A DNA stretch of 64,000 nt from assembly GCA_964016885.1 (NCBI GenBank), contig OZ024746.1, positions 52,576,001 to 52,640,000 of the forward strand, read 5' to 3'. Of the stretch, positions 13,690 through 27,617 are shown in pieces. How positions within the stretch are numbered: the stretch's first letter is position 1; each line of letters opens with the position of its first letter. A program made the position numbers and the translations under genes. Below the pieces are notes generated by a model. That model was not told where the DNA came from. It worked only from the letters and a program-made list of their open reading frames with translations, and searched no databases. This DNA is from Eledone cirrhosa. Taxonomy: Eukaryota.

Positions 13690-16600
13690 GTTGCTGAGAT
13701 GGTAGTGTTGTTGTTGTTGTTATTGTAGTTAGTAGTTTTTGTGATGGTAGTGTTGTTGTTGTTGTTATTGTAGTTAGTGGTTGCTGTGATGGTAGTGTTG
13801 TTGTTGTTGTTATTGTAGTTAGAGGTTGCTGTGTTGGTAGTGTTGTTGTTGTTGTTATTGTAGTTAGTGGTTGCTGAGATAATAGTGTTGTTGTTGTTGT
13901 TATTGTAGTTAGTGGTTACTGAGATGGTAGTGTTGTTGTTGTTATTGTAGTTCGTGGTTGCTGAGATGGTAGTGTTGTTGTTGTTGTTATTGTAGTTAGT
14001 GGTTTCTGTGATGGTAGTGTTGTTGTTGTTGTTGTTATTGTAGTTAGTGGTTGCTGAGATAATAGTGTTGTTGTTGTTGTTATTGTAGTTAGTGGTTGCT
14101 GAGATGGTAGTGTTGTTGTTGTTGTTATTGTAGTTAGTGGTTTCTGTGATGGTAGTGTTGTTGTTGTTGTTATTGTAGTTAGTGGTTGGTGAGATAATAG
14201 TGTTGTTGTTGTTGTTATTGTAGTTAGTGGTTGCTGAGATGGTAGTGTTGTTGTTGTTGTTATTGTAGTTATTGGTTGCTGAGATGGTAGTGTTTTGTTG
14301 TTGTTATTGTAGTTAGTGGTTTCTGTGATGGTAGTGTTGTTGTTGTTGTTATTGAAGTTAGTGGTTGCTGTGATGGTAGTGTTGTTGTTGTTATTGTAGT
14401 TAGTGGTTGCTGAGATGGTAGTGTTGTTGTTGTTGTTATTGTAGTTAGTGGTTGCTGAGATGGTAGTGTTGTTGTTGTTGTTATTGTAGTTAGTGGTTGC
14501 TGAGATAATAGTGTTGTTGTTGTTGTTATTGTAGTTAGTGGTTGCTGAGATGGTAGTGTTGTTGTTGTTTTTGTAGTTAGTGGTTGCTGAGATGGTAGTG
14601 TTGTTGTTGTTGTTATTGTAGTTAGTGGTTTCTGTGATGGTAGTGTTGTTGTTGTTGTTATTGTAGTTAGTGGTTGCTGAGATAATAGTGTTGTTGTTGT
14701 TGTTATTGTAGTTAGTGGTTGCTGAGATGGTAGTGTTGTTGTTGTTGTTATTGTTGTTAGAGGTTGCTGAGATGGTAGTGTTGTTGTTGTTATTCTAGTT
14801 AGTGGTTGCTGTGATGGTAGTGTTGTTGTTGTTGTTATTGTAGTTAGTGGTTTCTGTGATGGTAGTGTTGTTGTTGTTATTGTAGTTAGAGCTTGCTGAG
14901 ATGGTAGTGTTGTTGTTGTTATTGTAGTTAGTGGTTTCTGTGATGGTAGTGTTGTTGTTGTTATTGTAGTTAGTGGTTGCTGAGATGGTAGTGTTGTTGT
15001 TGTTGTTATTGTAGTTAGAGGTTGCTGTGATGGTAGTGTTGTTGTTGTTGTTATTGTAGTTAGTGGTTTCTGTGATGGTAGTGTTGTTGTTGTTGTTATT
15101 ATAGTTAGTGGTTTCTGTGATGGTAGTGTTGTTGTTGTTATTCTAGTTAGTGGTTGCTGTGATGGTAGTGTTGTTGTTATTATTGTAGTTAGAGCTTGCT
15201 GAGATGGTAGTGTTGTTGTTGTTATTGTAGTTCGTGGTTTCTGTGATGGTAGTGTTGTTGTTGTTATTGTAGTTAGTGGTTGCTGAGATGGTAGTGTTGT
15301 TGTTGTTGTTATTGTAGTTAGAGGTTGCTGTGATGGTAGTGTTGTTGTTGTTGTTATTGTAGTTAGTGGTTGCTGAGATAATAGTGTTGTTGTTGTTGTT
15401 ATTGTAGTTAGTGGTTGCTGAGATGATAGTGTTGTTGTTGTTGTTTTTGTAGTTAGTGGTTGCTGAGATGGTAGTGTTGTTGTTGTTGTTATTGTAGTTA
15501 GTGGTTTTTGTGATGGTAGTGTTGTTGTTGTTGTTATTGTAGTTAGTGGTTGCTGTGATGGTAGTGTTGTTGTTGTTATTGTAGTTAGTGGTTGCTGAGA
15601 TGGTAGTGTTGTTGTTGTTGTTATTGTAGTTAGTGGTTTTTGTGATGGTAGTGTTGTTGTTGTTGTTATTGTAGTTAGTGGTTGCTGTGATGGTAGTGTT
15701 GTTGTTGTTATTGTAGTTAGTGGTTGCTGAGATGGTAGTGTTGTTGTTGTTGTTATTGTAGTTAGAGGTTGCTGTGATGGTAGTGTTGTTGTTGTTGTTA
15801 TTGTAGTTAGTGGTTGTTGAGATAATAGTGTTGTTGTTGTTGTTATTGTAGTTAGTGGTTGCTGAGATGGTAGTGTTGTTGTTGTTATTGTAGTTAGTGG
15901 TTGCTGAGATGGTAGTGTTGTTGTTGTTATTGTAGTTAGCGGTTGCTGAGATGGTAGTGTTGTTGTTGTTGTTATTGTAGTTAGTGGTTTCTGTGATGGT
16001 AGTGTTGTTGTTGTTGTTATTGTAGTTAGTGTTTTCTGTGATGGTAGTGTTGTTGTTGTTGTTATTGTAGTTAGTGGTTGCTGAGATAATAGTGTTGTTG
16101 TTGTTGTTATTGTAGTTAGTGGTTGCTGAGATGGTAGTGTTGTTGTTGTTGTTATTGTAGTTAGTGGTTGCTGAGATGGTAGTGTTGTTGTTGTTGTTAT
16201 TGCAGTTAGTGGTTTCTGTGATGGTAGTGTTGTTGTTGTTGTTATTGAAGTTAGTGGTTGCTGTGATGGTAGTGTTGTTGTTGTTATTGTAGTTAGTGGT
16301 TGCTGAGATGGTAGTGTTGTTGTTGTTGTTATTGTAGTTAGTGGTTGCTGAGATGGTAGTGTTGTTGTTGCTGTTATTGTAGTTAGTGGTTTCTGTGATG
16401 GTAGTGTTGTTGTTGTTGTTATTGTAGTTAGTGGTTGCTGTGATGGTAGTGTTGTTGTTGTTATTCTAATTAGTGGTTGCTGTGATGGTAGTGTTGTTGT
16501 TGTTGTTATTGTAGTTAGTGGTTTCTGTGATGGTAGTGTTGTTGTTGTTATTGTAGTTAGTGGTTGCTGAGATGGTAGTGTTGTTGTTGTGGTTATTGTA

Positions 16601-19600
16601 GTTAGTGGTTGCTGAGATGGTAGTGTTGTTGTTGTTATTGTAGCTAGTGGTTGCTGTGATGGTAGTGTTGTTGTTGTTATTGTAGTTAGTGGTTTCTGTG
16701 ATGGTAGTGTTGTTGTTGTTATTGTAGCTAGTGGTTGCTGTGATGGTAGTGTTTTTCTTGTTATTGTAGTTAGTGGTTGCTATGATGGTAGTGTTGTTGT
16801 TGTTATTGTAGTAAGAGGTTGCTATGATGGTAGTGTTGTTGTTGATGTTGTAGTTAGTGGTTGATGTGATGGTAGTGTTGTTATTCTTATTGTAGTTAGT
16901 GGTTGTTGTGATGGTAGTGTTGTTGTTGTTATTGTAGTTAGTGGTTGTTGTGATGGTAGTGTTGTTGTTGTTGTTGTAGTTAGTGGTTGATGTGATGGTA
17001 GTGTTGTTGTTGTTATTGTAGTTAGTGGTTGTTGTGATGGTAGTGTTGTTGTTGTTGTTGTAGTTAGTGGTTGATGTGATGGTAGTGTTGTTGTTGTTAT
17101 TGTAGTTAGTGGTTGTTGTGATGGTAGAGTTGTTGTTGTTGTTGTAGTTAGTGATTGATGTGATGGTAGTGTTGTTATTGTTATTGTAGTTAGTGGTTGT
17201 TGTGATGGTAGTGTTGTTGTTGTTATTGTAGTTAGTGGTTGTTGTGATGGTAGTGTTGTTGTTGTTGTTGTAGTTAGTGGTTGATGTGATGGTAGTGTTG
17301 TTGTTGTTATTGTAGTTAGAGGTTGTTGTGATGGTAGTGTTGTTGTTGTTGTTGTAGTTAGTGGTTGATGTGATGGTAGTGTTGTTGTTGTTATTGTAGT
17401 TAGTGGTTGTTGTGATGGTAGTGTTGTTGTTGTTGTTGTAGTTAGTGGTTGGTGTGATGGTAGTGTTGTTATTGTTATTGTAGTTAGTGGTTGTTGTGAT
17501 GGTAGTGTTGTTGTTGATGTTGGAGTTAGTGGTTGATGTGACGGTAGTGTTGTTATTGTTATTGTAGTTAGTGGTTGTTGTGATGGTAGTGTTGTTGTTG
17601 TTGTTGTAGTTAGTGGTTGTTTTGATGGTAGTGTTGTTGTTATTGTTATTGTAGTTAGAGGTTGCTGTGATGGTAGTGTTGTTGTTATTGTATTTAGTGG
17701 TTGCTGAGATGGTAGTGTTGTTGTTGTTTTTATTGTAGTTAGTGGTTGCTGAGATGGTAGTGTTGTTGTTGTTGTTATTGTAGTTAGTGGTTTCTGTGAT
17801 GGTAGTGTTGTTGTTGTTGTTATTGTAGTTAGTGGTTTCTGTGATGGTAGTGTTGTTGTTGTTATTGTAGTTAGTGGTTGCTGAGATGGTAGTGTTGTTG
17901 TTGTTATTGTAGTTAGTGGTTGCTGTGATGGTAGTGTTGTTGTTGTTGTTATTGTAGTTAGAGGTTGCTGTGATGGTAGTGTTGTTGTTGTTATTGTAGT
18001 TAGTGGTTGCTGAGATGGTAGTGTTGTTGTTGTTGTTATTGTAGTTAGTGGTTGCTGAGATAATAGTGTTGTTGTTGTTGTTATTGTAGTTAGTGGTTGC
18101 TGAGATGGTAGTGTTGTTGTTGTTATTGTAGTTATTGGTTGCTGAGATAGTAGTGTTGTTGTTGTTGTTATTGTACTTAGTGGTTTCTGTGATGGTAGTG
18201 TTGTTGTTGTTGTTATTGTAGTTAGTGGTTGCTGAGATAATAGTGTTGTTGTTGTTGTTATTGTAGTTAGTGGTTGCTGAGATGGTAGTGTTGTTGTTGT
18301 TGTTATTGTAGTTAGTGGTTGCTGAGATAATAGTGTTGTTGTTGTTGTTATTGTAGTTAGTGGTTGCTGAGATGGTAGTGTTGTTGTTGTTGTTATTGTA
18401 GTTAGTGGTTGCTGAGATGGTAGTGTTGTTGTTGTTGTTATTGTAGTTAGTGGTTTCTGTGATTGTAGTGCTGTTGTTGTTGTTATTGTAGTTAGTGGTT
18501 GCTGTGATGGTAGTGTTGTTGTTGTTATTGTAGTTAGTGGTTGCTGAGATGGTAGTGTTGTTGTTGTTGTTATTGTAGTTAGTGGTTGCTGAGATGGTAG
18601 TGTTGTTGTTGTTGTTATTGTAGTTAGTGGTTTCTGTGATGGTAGTGTTGTTGTTGTTGTTATTGTAGTTAGTGGTTGCTGTGATGGTAGTGTTGTTGTC
18701 GTTATTCTAGTTAGTGGTTGCTGTGATGGTAGTGTTGTTGTTGTTGTTATTGTAGTTAGTGGTTTCTGTGATGGTAGTGTTGTTGTTGTTATTGTAGTTA
18801 GTGGTTGCTGAGATGGTAGTGTTGTTGTTGTGGTTATTGTAGTTAGTGGTTGCTGAGATGGTAGTGTTGTTGTTGTTATTGTAGCTAGTGGTTGCTGTGA
18901 TGGTAGTGATGTTGTTATTGTAGTTAGTGGTTGCTATGATGGTAGTGATGTTGTTGTTATTGTAGCTAGTGGTTGCTGTGTTGGCAGTGTTGTTGTTGTT
19001 ATTGTAGTTAGTGGTTGCTATGATGGCAGTGTTGTTGTTGTTATTGTAGTTAGAGGTTGCTATGATGGTAGTGTTGTTGTTGTTATTGTAGTTAGTGGTT
19101 GCTATGATGGTAGTGTTGTTGTCGTTATTGTAGCTAGAGGTTGCTGAGATGGTAGTGTTGTTGTTGTTGTTATTGTTGTTAGTGGTTGCTGAGATGGTAG
19201 TGTTGTTGTTGTTGTTATTGTAGTTAGTGGTTGCTGTGATGGTAGTGTTGTTGTTGTTATTGTAGTTAGAGGTTGCCGAGATGGTAGTGTTGTTGTTGTT
19301 ATTGTAGTTACTGGTTGCTGTGATGGTAGTGTTGTTGTTGTTATTGTAGTTAGTGTTTGCTGAGATGGTAGTGTTGTTGTTGTTTTTATTGTAGTTAGTG
19401 TTTGCTTAGATGGTAGTGTTGTTGTTGTTTTTATTGTAGTTAGTGGTTGCTGAGATGGTAGTGTTGTTGTTGTTGTTATTGTAGTTAGTGGTTTCTGTGA
19501 TGGTAGTGTTGTTGTTGTTATTGTAGTTAGTGGTTGCTGAGATGGTAGTGTTGTTGTTGTAGTTAGAGGTTGCTGTGATGGTAGTGTTGTTGTTGTTGTT

Positions 19601-19989
19601 ATTGTAGTTAGTGGTTTCTGTGATGGTAGTGTTGTTGTTGTTGTTATTATAGTTAGTGGTTGCTGAATTGTTAGTGTTGTTGTTGTTCTTATTGTAGTTA
19701 GTGGTTGCTGAGATGGTAGTGTTGTTGTTGTTGTTATTATAGTTAGTGGTTGCTGAGTTGGTAGTGTTGTTGTTGTTGTTATTGTAGTTAGTGGTTGCTG
19801 AGATGGTAGTGTTGTTGTTGTTGTTATTGTAGTTAGTGGTTGCTGAGATGGTAGTGTTGTTGTTGTTGTTATTATAGTTAGTGGTTGCTGAGTTGGTAGT
19901 GTTGTTGTTGTTGTTATTGTAGATAGTGGTTGCTGAGATGGTAGTGTTGTTGTTGTTGTTATTGTAGTTAGAGGTTGCTGTGATGGTAG

Positions 19990-20029
<40 letters not shown>

Positions 20030-20500
20030 ATTGTAGTTAGTGGTTTCTGTGATGGTAGTGTTGTTGTTGTTATTGTAGTTAGTGGTAGCTAAGATGGTAG
20101 TGTTGTTGTTGTTATTGTAGTTAGAGGTTGCTGTGATGGTAGTGTTGTTGTTATTATTGTAGTTAGTGGTTGCTGTGATGGTAGTGTTGTTGTTGTTGTT
20201 ATTGTAGTTAGTGGTTGCTGTGATGGTAGTGTTGTTGTTGTTATTGTAGTTAGAGGTTGCTGAGATGGTAGTGTTGTTGTTGTTGTTATTGTAGTTAGTG
20301 GTTGCTATGATGGTAGTGATGTTGTTGTTATTGTAGCTAGTGGTTGCTGTGTTGGTAGTGTTGTTGTTGTTATTGTAGTTAGAAGTTGCTGAGATGTTAG
20401 TGTTGTTGTTGTTATTGTAGTTAGAGGTTGCTGTGATGGTAGTGTTGTTGTTGTTGTTATTGTAGTTAGTGGTTGCTGAGATGGTAGTGTTGTTGCTGTT
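13690..20500. repeat. Diverged multi-kb duplicate of about 1930-9050 (offset about 11.4-11.8 kb)
   Basis: Collinear rare markers: agtagttttt 1967/13731; c of agcggtt 4441/15940; the C-free block; gattgtagtgctg about 6875/18461; long GTT tract 8567/19991. The offset drifts through gain and loss of units. Ends are approximate. Confidence 0.8.
16841..17635. repeat. Divergent, nearly C-free sub-array, copy 2 (offset 11,499 bp)
   Basis: Same marker order as copy 1: gttgatgttg 5342 vs 16841; gacgg 6041 vs 17540. Confidence 0.9.
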
Positions 20501-20589
20501 GTTATTGTAGTTAGTGGTTGCTGAGATAATAGTGTTGTTGTTGTTGTTATTGTAGTTAGTGGTTGCTCTGATGGTAGTGTTGTTGTTGT

Positions 20590-21459
20590 TGTTATTGTAG
20601 TTAGAGGTTGCTGTGATGGTAGTGTTGTTGTTGTTGTTATTGTAGTTAGTGGTTTCTGTGATGGTAGTGTTGTTGTTGTTGTTATTATAGTTAGTGGTTG
20701 CTGAGTTGTTAGTGTTGTTGTTGTTGTTATTGTAGTTAGTGGTTGCTGAGATGGTAGTGTTGTTGTTGTTGTTATTATAGTTAGTGGTTGCTGAGTTGGT
20801 AGTGTTGTTGTTGTTGTTATTGTAGTTAGTGGTTGCTGAGATGGTAGTGTTGTTGTTGTTGTTATTGTAGTTACTGGTTGCTGTGATGGTAGTGTTGTTG
20901 TTGTTATTGTAGTTAGTGGTTGCTGTGATGGTAGTTTTGTTGTTGTTATTGTAGTTAGTGTTTGCTGAGATGGTAGTGTTGTTGTTGTTTTTATTGTAGT
21001 TAGTGGTTTCTGAGATGGTAGTGTTGTTGTTGTTGTTATTGTAGTTAGTGGTTTCTGTGATGGTAGTGTTGTTGTTGTTATTGTAGTTCGTGGTTGCTGA
21101 GATGGTAGTGTTGTTGTTGTAGTTAGAGGTTGCTGTAATGGTAGTGTTGTTGTTGTTGTTATTGTAGTTAGTGGTTTCTGTGATGGTAGTGTTGTTGTTG
21201 TTGTTATTATAGTTAGTGGTTGCTGAGTTGGTAGTGTTGTTGTTGTTGTTATTGTAGTTAGTGGTTGCTGAGATGGTAGTGTTGTTGTTGTTGTTATTGT
21301 AGTTAGTGGTTGCTGAGATGGTAGTGTTGTTGTTATTGTTATTATAGTTAGTGGTTGCTGAGTTGGTAGTGTTGTTGTTGTTGTTATTGTAGATAGTGGT
21401 TGCTGAGATGGTAGTGTTGTTGTTGTTGTTATTGTAGTTAGAGGTTGCTGTGATGGTCG

Positions 21460-21490
<31 letters not shown>

Positions 21491-23445
21491 ATTGTAGTTA
21501 GTGGTTTCTGTGATGGTAGTGTTGTTGTTGTTATTGTAGTTAGTGGTAGCTAAGATGGTAGTGTTGTTGTTGTTGTTATTGTAGTTAGAGGTTGCTGTGA
21601 TGGTAGTGTTGTTGTTATTATTGTAGTTAGTGGTTGCTGTGATGGTAGTGTTGTTGTTGTTGTTATTGTAGTTAGTGGTTGCTGTGATGGTAGTGTTGTT
21701 GTTGTTATTGTAGTTAGAGGTTGCTGAGATGGTAGTGTTGTTGTTGTTGTTATTGTAGTTAGTGGTTGCTATGATGGTAGTGATGTTGTTGTTATTGTAG
21801 CTAGTGGTTGCTGTGTTGGTAGTGTTGTTGTTGTTATTGTAGTTAGAGGTTGCTGAGATGTTAGTGTTGTTGTTGTTATTGTAGTTAGAGGTTGCTGTGA
21901 TGGTAGTGTTGTTGTTGTTGTTATTGTAGTTAGAGGTTGCTGTGATGGTAGTGTTGTTGTTGTTGTTATTGTAGTTAGTGGTTGCTGAGATGGTAGTGTT
22001 GTTGTTTTTATTGTAGTTAGTGGTTGCTGAGATGGTAGTGTTGTTGTTGTTGTTATTGTACTTAGTGGTTTCTGTGATGGTAGTGTTGTTGTTGTTGTTA
22101 TTGTAGTTAGTGGTTGCTGAGATAATAGTGTTGTTGTTGTTGTTATTGTAGTTAGTGGTTGCTGAGATGGTAGTGTTGTTGTTGTTGTTATTGTAGTTAG
22201 TGGTTTCTGTGAGGGTAGTGTTGTTGTTGTTGTTATTGTAGTTAGTGGTTGCTGAGATGGTAGTGTTGTTGTTGTTGTTATTGTAGTTAGTGGTTGCTGA
22301 GATGGTAGTGTTGTTTTTGTTGTTATTGTAGTTAGTGGTTGCTGAGATGGTAGTGTTGTTGTTGTTGTTATTGTAGTTAGTGGTTTCTGTGATGGTAGTG
22401 TTGTTTTTGTTGTTATTGTAGTTAGTGGTTGCTGAGATGGTAGTGTTGTTGTTGTTGTTATTGTAGTTAGTGGTTGCTATGATGGTAGTGTTGTTGTTGT
22501 TATTGTAGCTAGTGGTTGCTGTGATGGTAGTGTTTTTGTTGTTATTGTAGTTAGTGGTTGCTATGATGGCAGTGTTGTTGTTGTTATTGTAGTTAGAGGT
22601 TGCTATGATGGTAGTGTTGTTGTTGATCTTGTAGTTAGTGGTTGCTATGATGGTGGTGTTGTTGTCGTTATTGTAGCTAGAGGTTGCTGAGATGGTAGTG
22701 TTGTTGTTGTTGTTATTGTTGTTAGTGGTTGCTGAGATGGTAGTGTTGTAGTTGTTGTTATTGTAGTTAGTGGTTGCTGTGATGGTAGTGTTGTTGTTGT
22801 TATTGTAGTTAGAGGTTGCTGAGATGGTAGTGTTGTTGTTGTTATTGTAGTTAGTGGTTGCTGTGATGGTAGTGTTGTTGTTGTTATTGTAGTTAGTGTT
22901 TGCTGAGATGGTAGTGTTGTTGTTGTTTTTATTGTAGTTAGTGTTTGCTTAGATGGTAGTGTTGTTGTTGTTTTTATTGTAGTTAGTGGTTGCTGAGATG
23001 GTAGTGTTGTTGTTGTTGTTATTGTAGTTAGTGGTTTCTGTGATGGTAGTGTTGTTTTTGTTATTGTAGTTAGTGGTTGCTGTGATGGTAGTATTGTTGT
23101 TGTTATTGTATTTAGAGGTTGCTGTGATGGTAGTTTTGTTGTTGTTATTGTCGTTAGTGTTTGCTGAGATAGTAGTGTTGTTGTTGTTTTTATTGTAGTT
23201 AGTGGTTGCTGAGATGGTAGTGTTGTTGTTGTTGTTATTGTAGTTAGTGGTTGCTGAGATGGTAGTGTTGTTGTTGTTGTTATTGTAGTTAGTGGTTGCT
23301 GAGATGGTAGTGTTGTTGTTGTTGTTATTATAGTTAGTGGTTGCTGAGTTGGTAGTGTTGTTGTTGTTGTTATTGTAGATAGTGGTTGCTGAGATGGTAG
23401 TGTTGTTGTTGTTGTTATTGTAGTTAGAGGTTGCTGTGATGGTAG

Positions 23446-23482
<37 letters not shown>

Positions 23483-25299
23483 ATTGTAGTTAGTGGTTTC
23501 TGTGATGGTAGTGTTGTTGTTGTTATTGTAGTTAGTGGTAGCTAAGATGGTAGTGTTGTTGTTGTTGTTATTGTAGTTAGAGGTTGCTGTGATGGTAGTG
23601 TTGTTGTTATTATTGTAGTTAGTGGTTGCTGTGATGGTAGTGTTGTTGTTGTTGTTATTGTAGTTAGTGGTTGCTGTGATGGTAGTGTTGTTGTTGTTAT
23701 TGTAGTTAGAGGTTGCTGAGATGGTAGTGTTGTTGTTGTTGTTATTGTAGTTAGTGGTTGCTATGATGGTAGTGATGTTGTTGTTATTGTAGCTAGTGGT
23801 TGCTGTGTTGGTAGTGTTGTTGTTGTTATTGTAGTTAGAAGTTGCTGAGATGTTAGTGTTGTTGTTGTTATTGTAGTTAGAGGTTGCTGTGATGGTAGTG
23901 TTGTTGTTGTTGTTATTGTAGTTAGTGGTTGCTGAGATGGTAGTGTTGTTGCTGTTGTTATTGTAGTTAGTGGTTGCTGAGATAATAGTGTTGTTGTTGT
24001 GTTATTGTAGTTAGTGGTTGCTGAGATGGTAGTGTTGTTGTTTTTATTGTAGTTAGTGGTTGCTGAGATGGTAGTGTTGTTGTTGTTGTTATTGTAGTAG
24101 AGTGGTTTCTGTGATGGTAGTGTTGTTGTTGTTGTTATTGTAGTTAGTGGTTGCTGAGATAATAGTGTTGTTTTTGTTGTTATTGTAGTTAGTGGTTGCC
24201 GAGATGGTAGTGTTGTTGTTGTTATTGTAGTTACTGGTTGCTGTGATGGTAGTGTTGTTGTTGTTATTGTAGTTAGTGTTTGCTGAGATGGTAGTGTTGT
24301 TGTTGTTTTTATTGTAGTTAGTGTTTGCTTAGATGGTAGTGTTGTTGTTGTTTTTATTGTAGTTAGTGGTTTCTGTGATGGTAGTGTTGTTGTTGTTATT
24401 GTAGTTAGTGGTTGCTGAGATGGTAGTGTTCTTGTTGTAGTTAGAGGTTGCTGTGATGGTAGTGTTGTTGTTGTTGTTATTGTAGTTAGTGGTTTCTGTG
24501 ATGGTAGTGTTGTTGTTGTTGTTATTATAGTTAGTGGTTGCTGAGTTGTTAGTGTTGTTGTTGTTGTTATTGTAGTTAGTGGTTGCTGAGATGGTAGTGT
24601 TGTTGTTGTTGTTATTATAGTTAGTGGTTGCTGAGTTGGTAGTGTTGTTGTTGTTGTTATTGTAGTTAGTGGTTGCTGAGATGGTAGTGTTGTTGTTGTT
24701 GTTATTGTAGTTACTGGTTGCTGTGATGGTAGTGTTGTTGTTGTTATTGTAGTTAGTGGTTGCTGTGATGGTAGTTTTGTTGTTGTTATTGTAGTTAGTG
24801 TTTGCTGAGATGGTAGTGTTGTTGTTGTTTTTATTGTAGTTAGTGGTTTCTGAGATGGTAGTGTTGTTGTTGTTGTTATTGTAGTTAGTGGTTTCTGTGA
24901 TGGTAGTGTTGTTGTTGTTATTGTAGTTCGTGGTTGCTGAGATGGTAGTGTTGTTGTTGTAGTTAGAGGTTGCTGTAATGGTAGTGTTGTTGTTGTTGTT
25001 ATTGTAGTTAGTGGTTTCTGTGATGGTAGTGTTGTTGTTGTTGTTATTATAGTTAGTGGTTGCTGAGTTGGTAGTGTTGTTGTTGTTGTTATTGTAGTTA
25101 GTGGTTGCTGAGATGGTAGTGTTGTTGTTGTTGTTATTGTAGTTAGTGGTTGCTGAGATGGTAGTGTTGTTGTTATTGTTATTATAGTTAGTGGTTGCTG
25201 AGTTGGTAGTGTTGTTGTTGTTGTTATTGTAGATAGTGGTTGCTGAGATGGTAGTGTTGTTGTTGTTGTTATTGTAGTTAGAGGTTGCTGTGATGGTCG

Positions 25300-25330
<31 letters not shown>

Positions 25331-27057
25331 ATTGTAGTTAGTGGTTTCTGTGATGGTAGTGTTGTTGTTGTTATTGTAGTTAGTGGTAGCTAAGATGGTA
25401 GTGTTGTTGTTGTTGTTATTGTAGTTAGAGGTTGCTGTGATGGTAGTGTTGTTGTTATTATTGTAGTTAGTGGTTGCTGTGATGGTAGTGTTGTTGTTGT
25501 TGTTATTGTAGTTAGTGGTTGCTGTGATGGTAGTGTTGTTGTTGTTATTGTAGTTAGAGGTTGCTGAGATGGTAGTGTTGTTGTTGTTGTTATTGTAGTT
25601 AGTGGTTGCTATGATGGTAGTGATGTTGTTGTTATTGTAGCTAGTGGTTGCTGTGTTGGTAGTGTTGTTGTTGTTATTGTAGTTAGAGGTTGCTGAGATG
25701 TTAGTGTTGTTGTTGTTATTGTAGTTAGAGGTTGCTGTGATGGTAGTGTTGTTGTTGTTGTTATTGTAGTTAGAGGTTGCTGTGATGGTAGTGTTGTTGT
25801 TGTTGTTATTGTAGTTAGTGGTTGCTGAGATGGTAGTGTTGTTGTTGTTATTGTAGTTAGTGGTTGCTGAGATAATAGTGTTGTTTTTGTTGTTATTGTA
25901 GTTAGTGGTTGCCGAGATGGTAGTGTTGTTGTTGTTATTGTAGTTACTGGTTGCTGTGATGGTAGTGTTGTTGTTGTTATTGTAGTTAGTGTTTGCTGAG
26001 ATGGTAGTGTTGTTGTTGTTTTTATTGTAGTTAGTGTTTGCTTAGATGGTAGTGTTGTTGTTGTTTTTATTGTAGTTAGTGGTTGCTGAGATGGTAGTGT
26101 TGTTGTTGTTGTTATTGTAGTTAGTGGTTTCTGTGATGGTAGTGTTGTTGTTGTTATTGTAGTTAGTGGTTGCTGAGATGGTAGTATTGTTGTTGTAGTT
26201 AGAGGTTGCTGTGATGGTAGTGTTGTTGTTGTTGTTATTGTAGTTAGTGGTTTCTGTGATGGTAGTGTTGTTGTTGTTGTTATTATAGTTAGTGGTTGCT
26301 GAGTTGTTAGTGTTGTTGTTGTTGTTATTGTAGTTAGTGGTTGCTGTGATGGTAGTGTTGTTGTTGTTGTTATTATAGTTAGTGGTTGCTGAGTTGGTAG
26401 TGTTGTTGTTGTTGTTATTGTAGTTAGTGGTTGCTGAGATGGTAGTGTTGTTGTTGTTGTTATTGTAGTTACTGGTTGCTGTGATGGTAGTGTTGTTGTT
26501 GTTATTGTAGTTAGTGGTTGCTGTGATGGTAGTTTTGTTGTTGTTATTGTAGTTAGTGTTTGCTGAGATGGTAGTGTTGTTGTTGTTTTTATTGTAGTTA
26601 GTGGTTTCTGAGATGGTAGTGTTGTTGTTGTTGTTATTGTAGTTAGTGGTTTCTGTGATGGTAGTGTTGTTGTTGTTATTGTAGTTCGTGGTTGCTGAGA
26701 TGGTAGTGTTGTTGTTGTAGTTAGAGGTTGCTGTAATGGTAGTGTTGTTGTTGTTGTTATTGTAGTTAGTGGTTTCTGTGATGGTAGTGTTGTTGTTGTT
26801 GTTATTATAGTTAGTGGTTGCTGAGTTGGTAGTGTTGTTGTTGTTGTTATTGTAGTTAGTGGTTGCTGAGATGGTAGTGTTGTTGTTGTTGTTATTGTAG
26901 TTAGTGGTTGCTGAGATGGTAGTGTTGTTGTTATTGTTATTATAGTTAGTGGTTGCTGAGTTGGTAGTGTTGTTGTTGTTGTTATTGTAGATAGTGGTTG
27001 CTGAGATGGTAGTGTTGTTGTTGTTGTTATTGTAGTTAGAGGTTGCTGTGATGGTCG

Positions 27058-27088
<31 letters not shown>

Positions 27089-27430
27089 ATTGTAGTTAGT
27101 GGTTTCTGTGATGGTAGTGTTGTTGTTGTTATTGTAGTTAGTGGTAGCTAAGATGGTAGTGTTGTTGTTGTTGTTATTGTAGTTAGAGGTTGCTGTGATG
27201 GTAGTGTTGTTGTTATTATTGTAGTTAGTGGTTGCTGTGATGGTAGTGTTGTTGTTGTTGTTATTGTAGTTAGTGGTTGCTGTGATGGTAGTGTTGTTGT
27301 TGTTATTGTAGTTAGAGGTTGCTGAGATGGTAGTGTTGTTGTTGTTGTTATTGTAGTTAGTGGTTGCTATGATGGTAGTGATGTTGTTGTTATTGTAGCT
27401 AGTGGTTGCTGTGTTGGTAGTGTTGTTGTT
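20590..27430. repeat. Three copies of a 1.2-1.4 kb higher-order block (about 20590-22000, 24430-25840, 26190-27430)
   Basis: ctgtaatgg at 21133, 24973 and 26731; ggtcgt followed by (GTT)10 starting at 21461, 25301 and 27059. Offsets are 3840 and 1758. Confidence 0.85.
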
Positions 27431-27617
27431 GTTATTGTAGTTAGAGGTTGCTGTGATGGTAGTGTTGTTGTTGTTGTTATTGTAGTTAGAGGTTGCTGTG
27501 ATGGTAGTGTTGTTGTTGTTGTTATTGTAGTTAGTGGTTGCTGAGATGGTAGTGTTGTTGTTTTTATTGTAGTTAGTGGTTGCTGAGATGGTAGTGTTGT
27601 TGTTGTTGTTATTGTAC

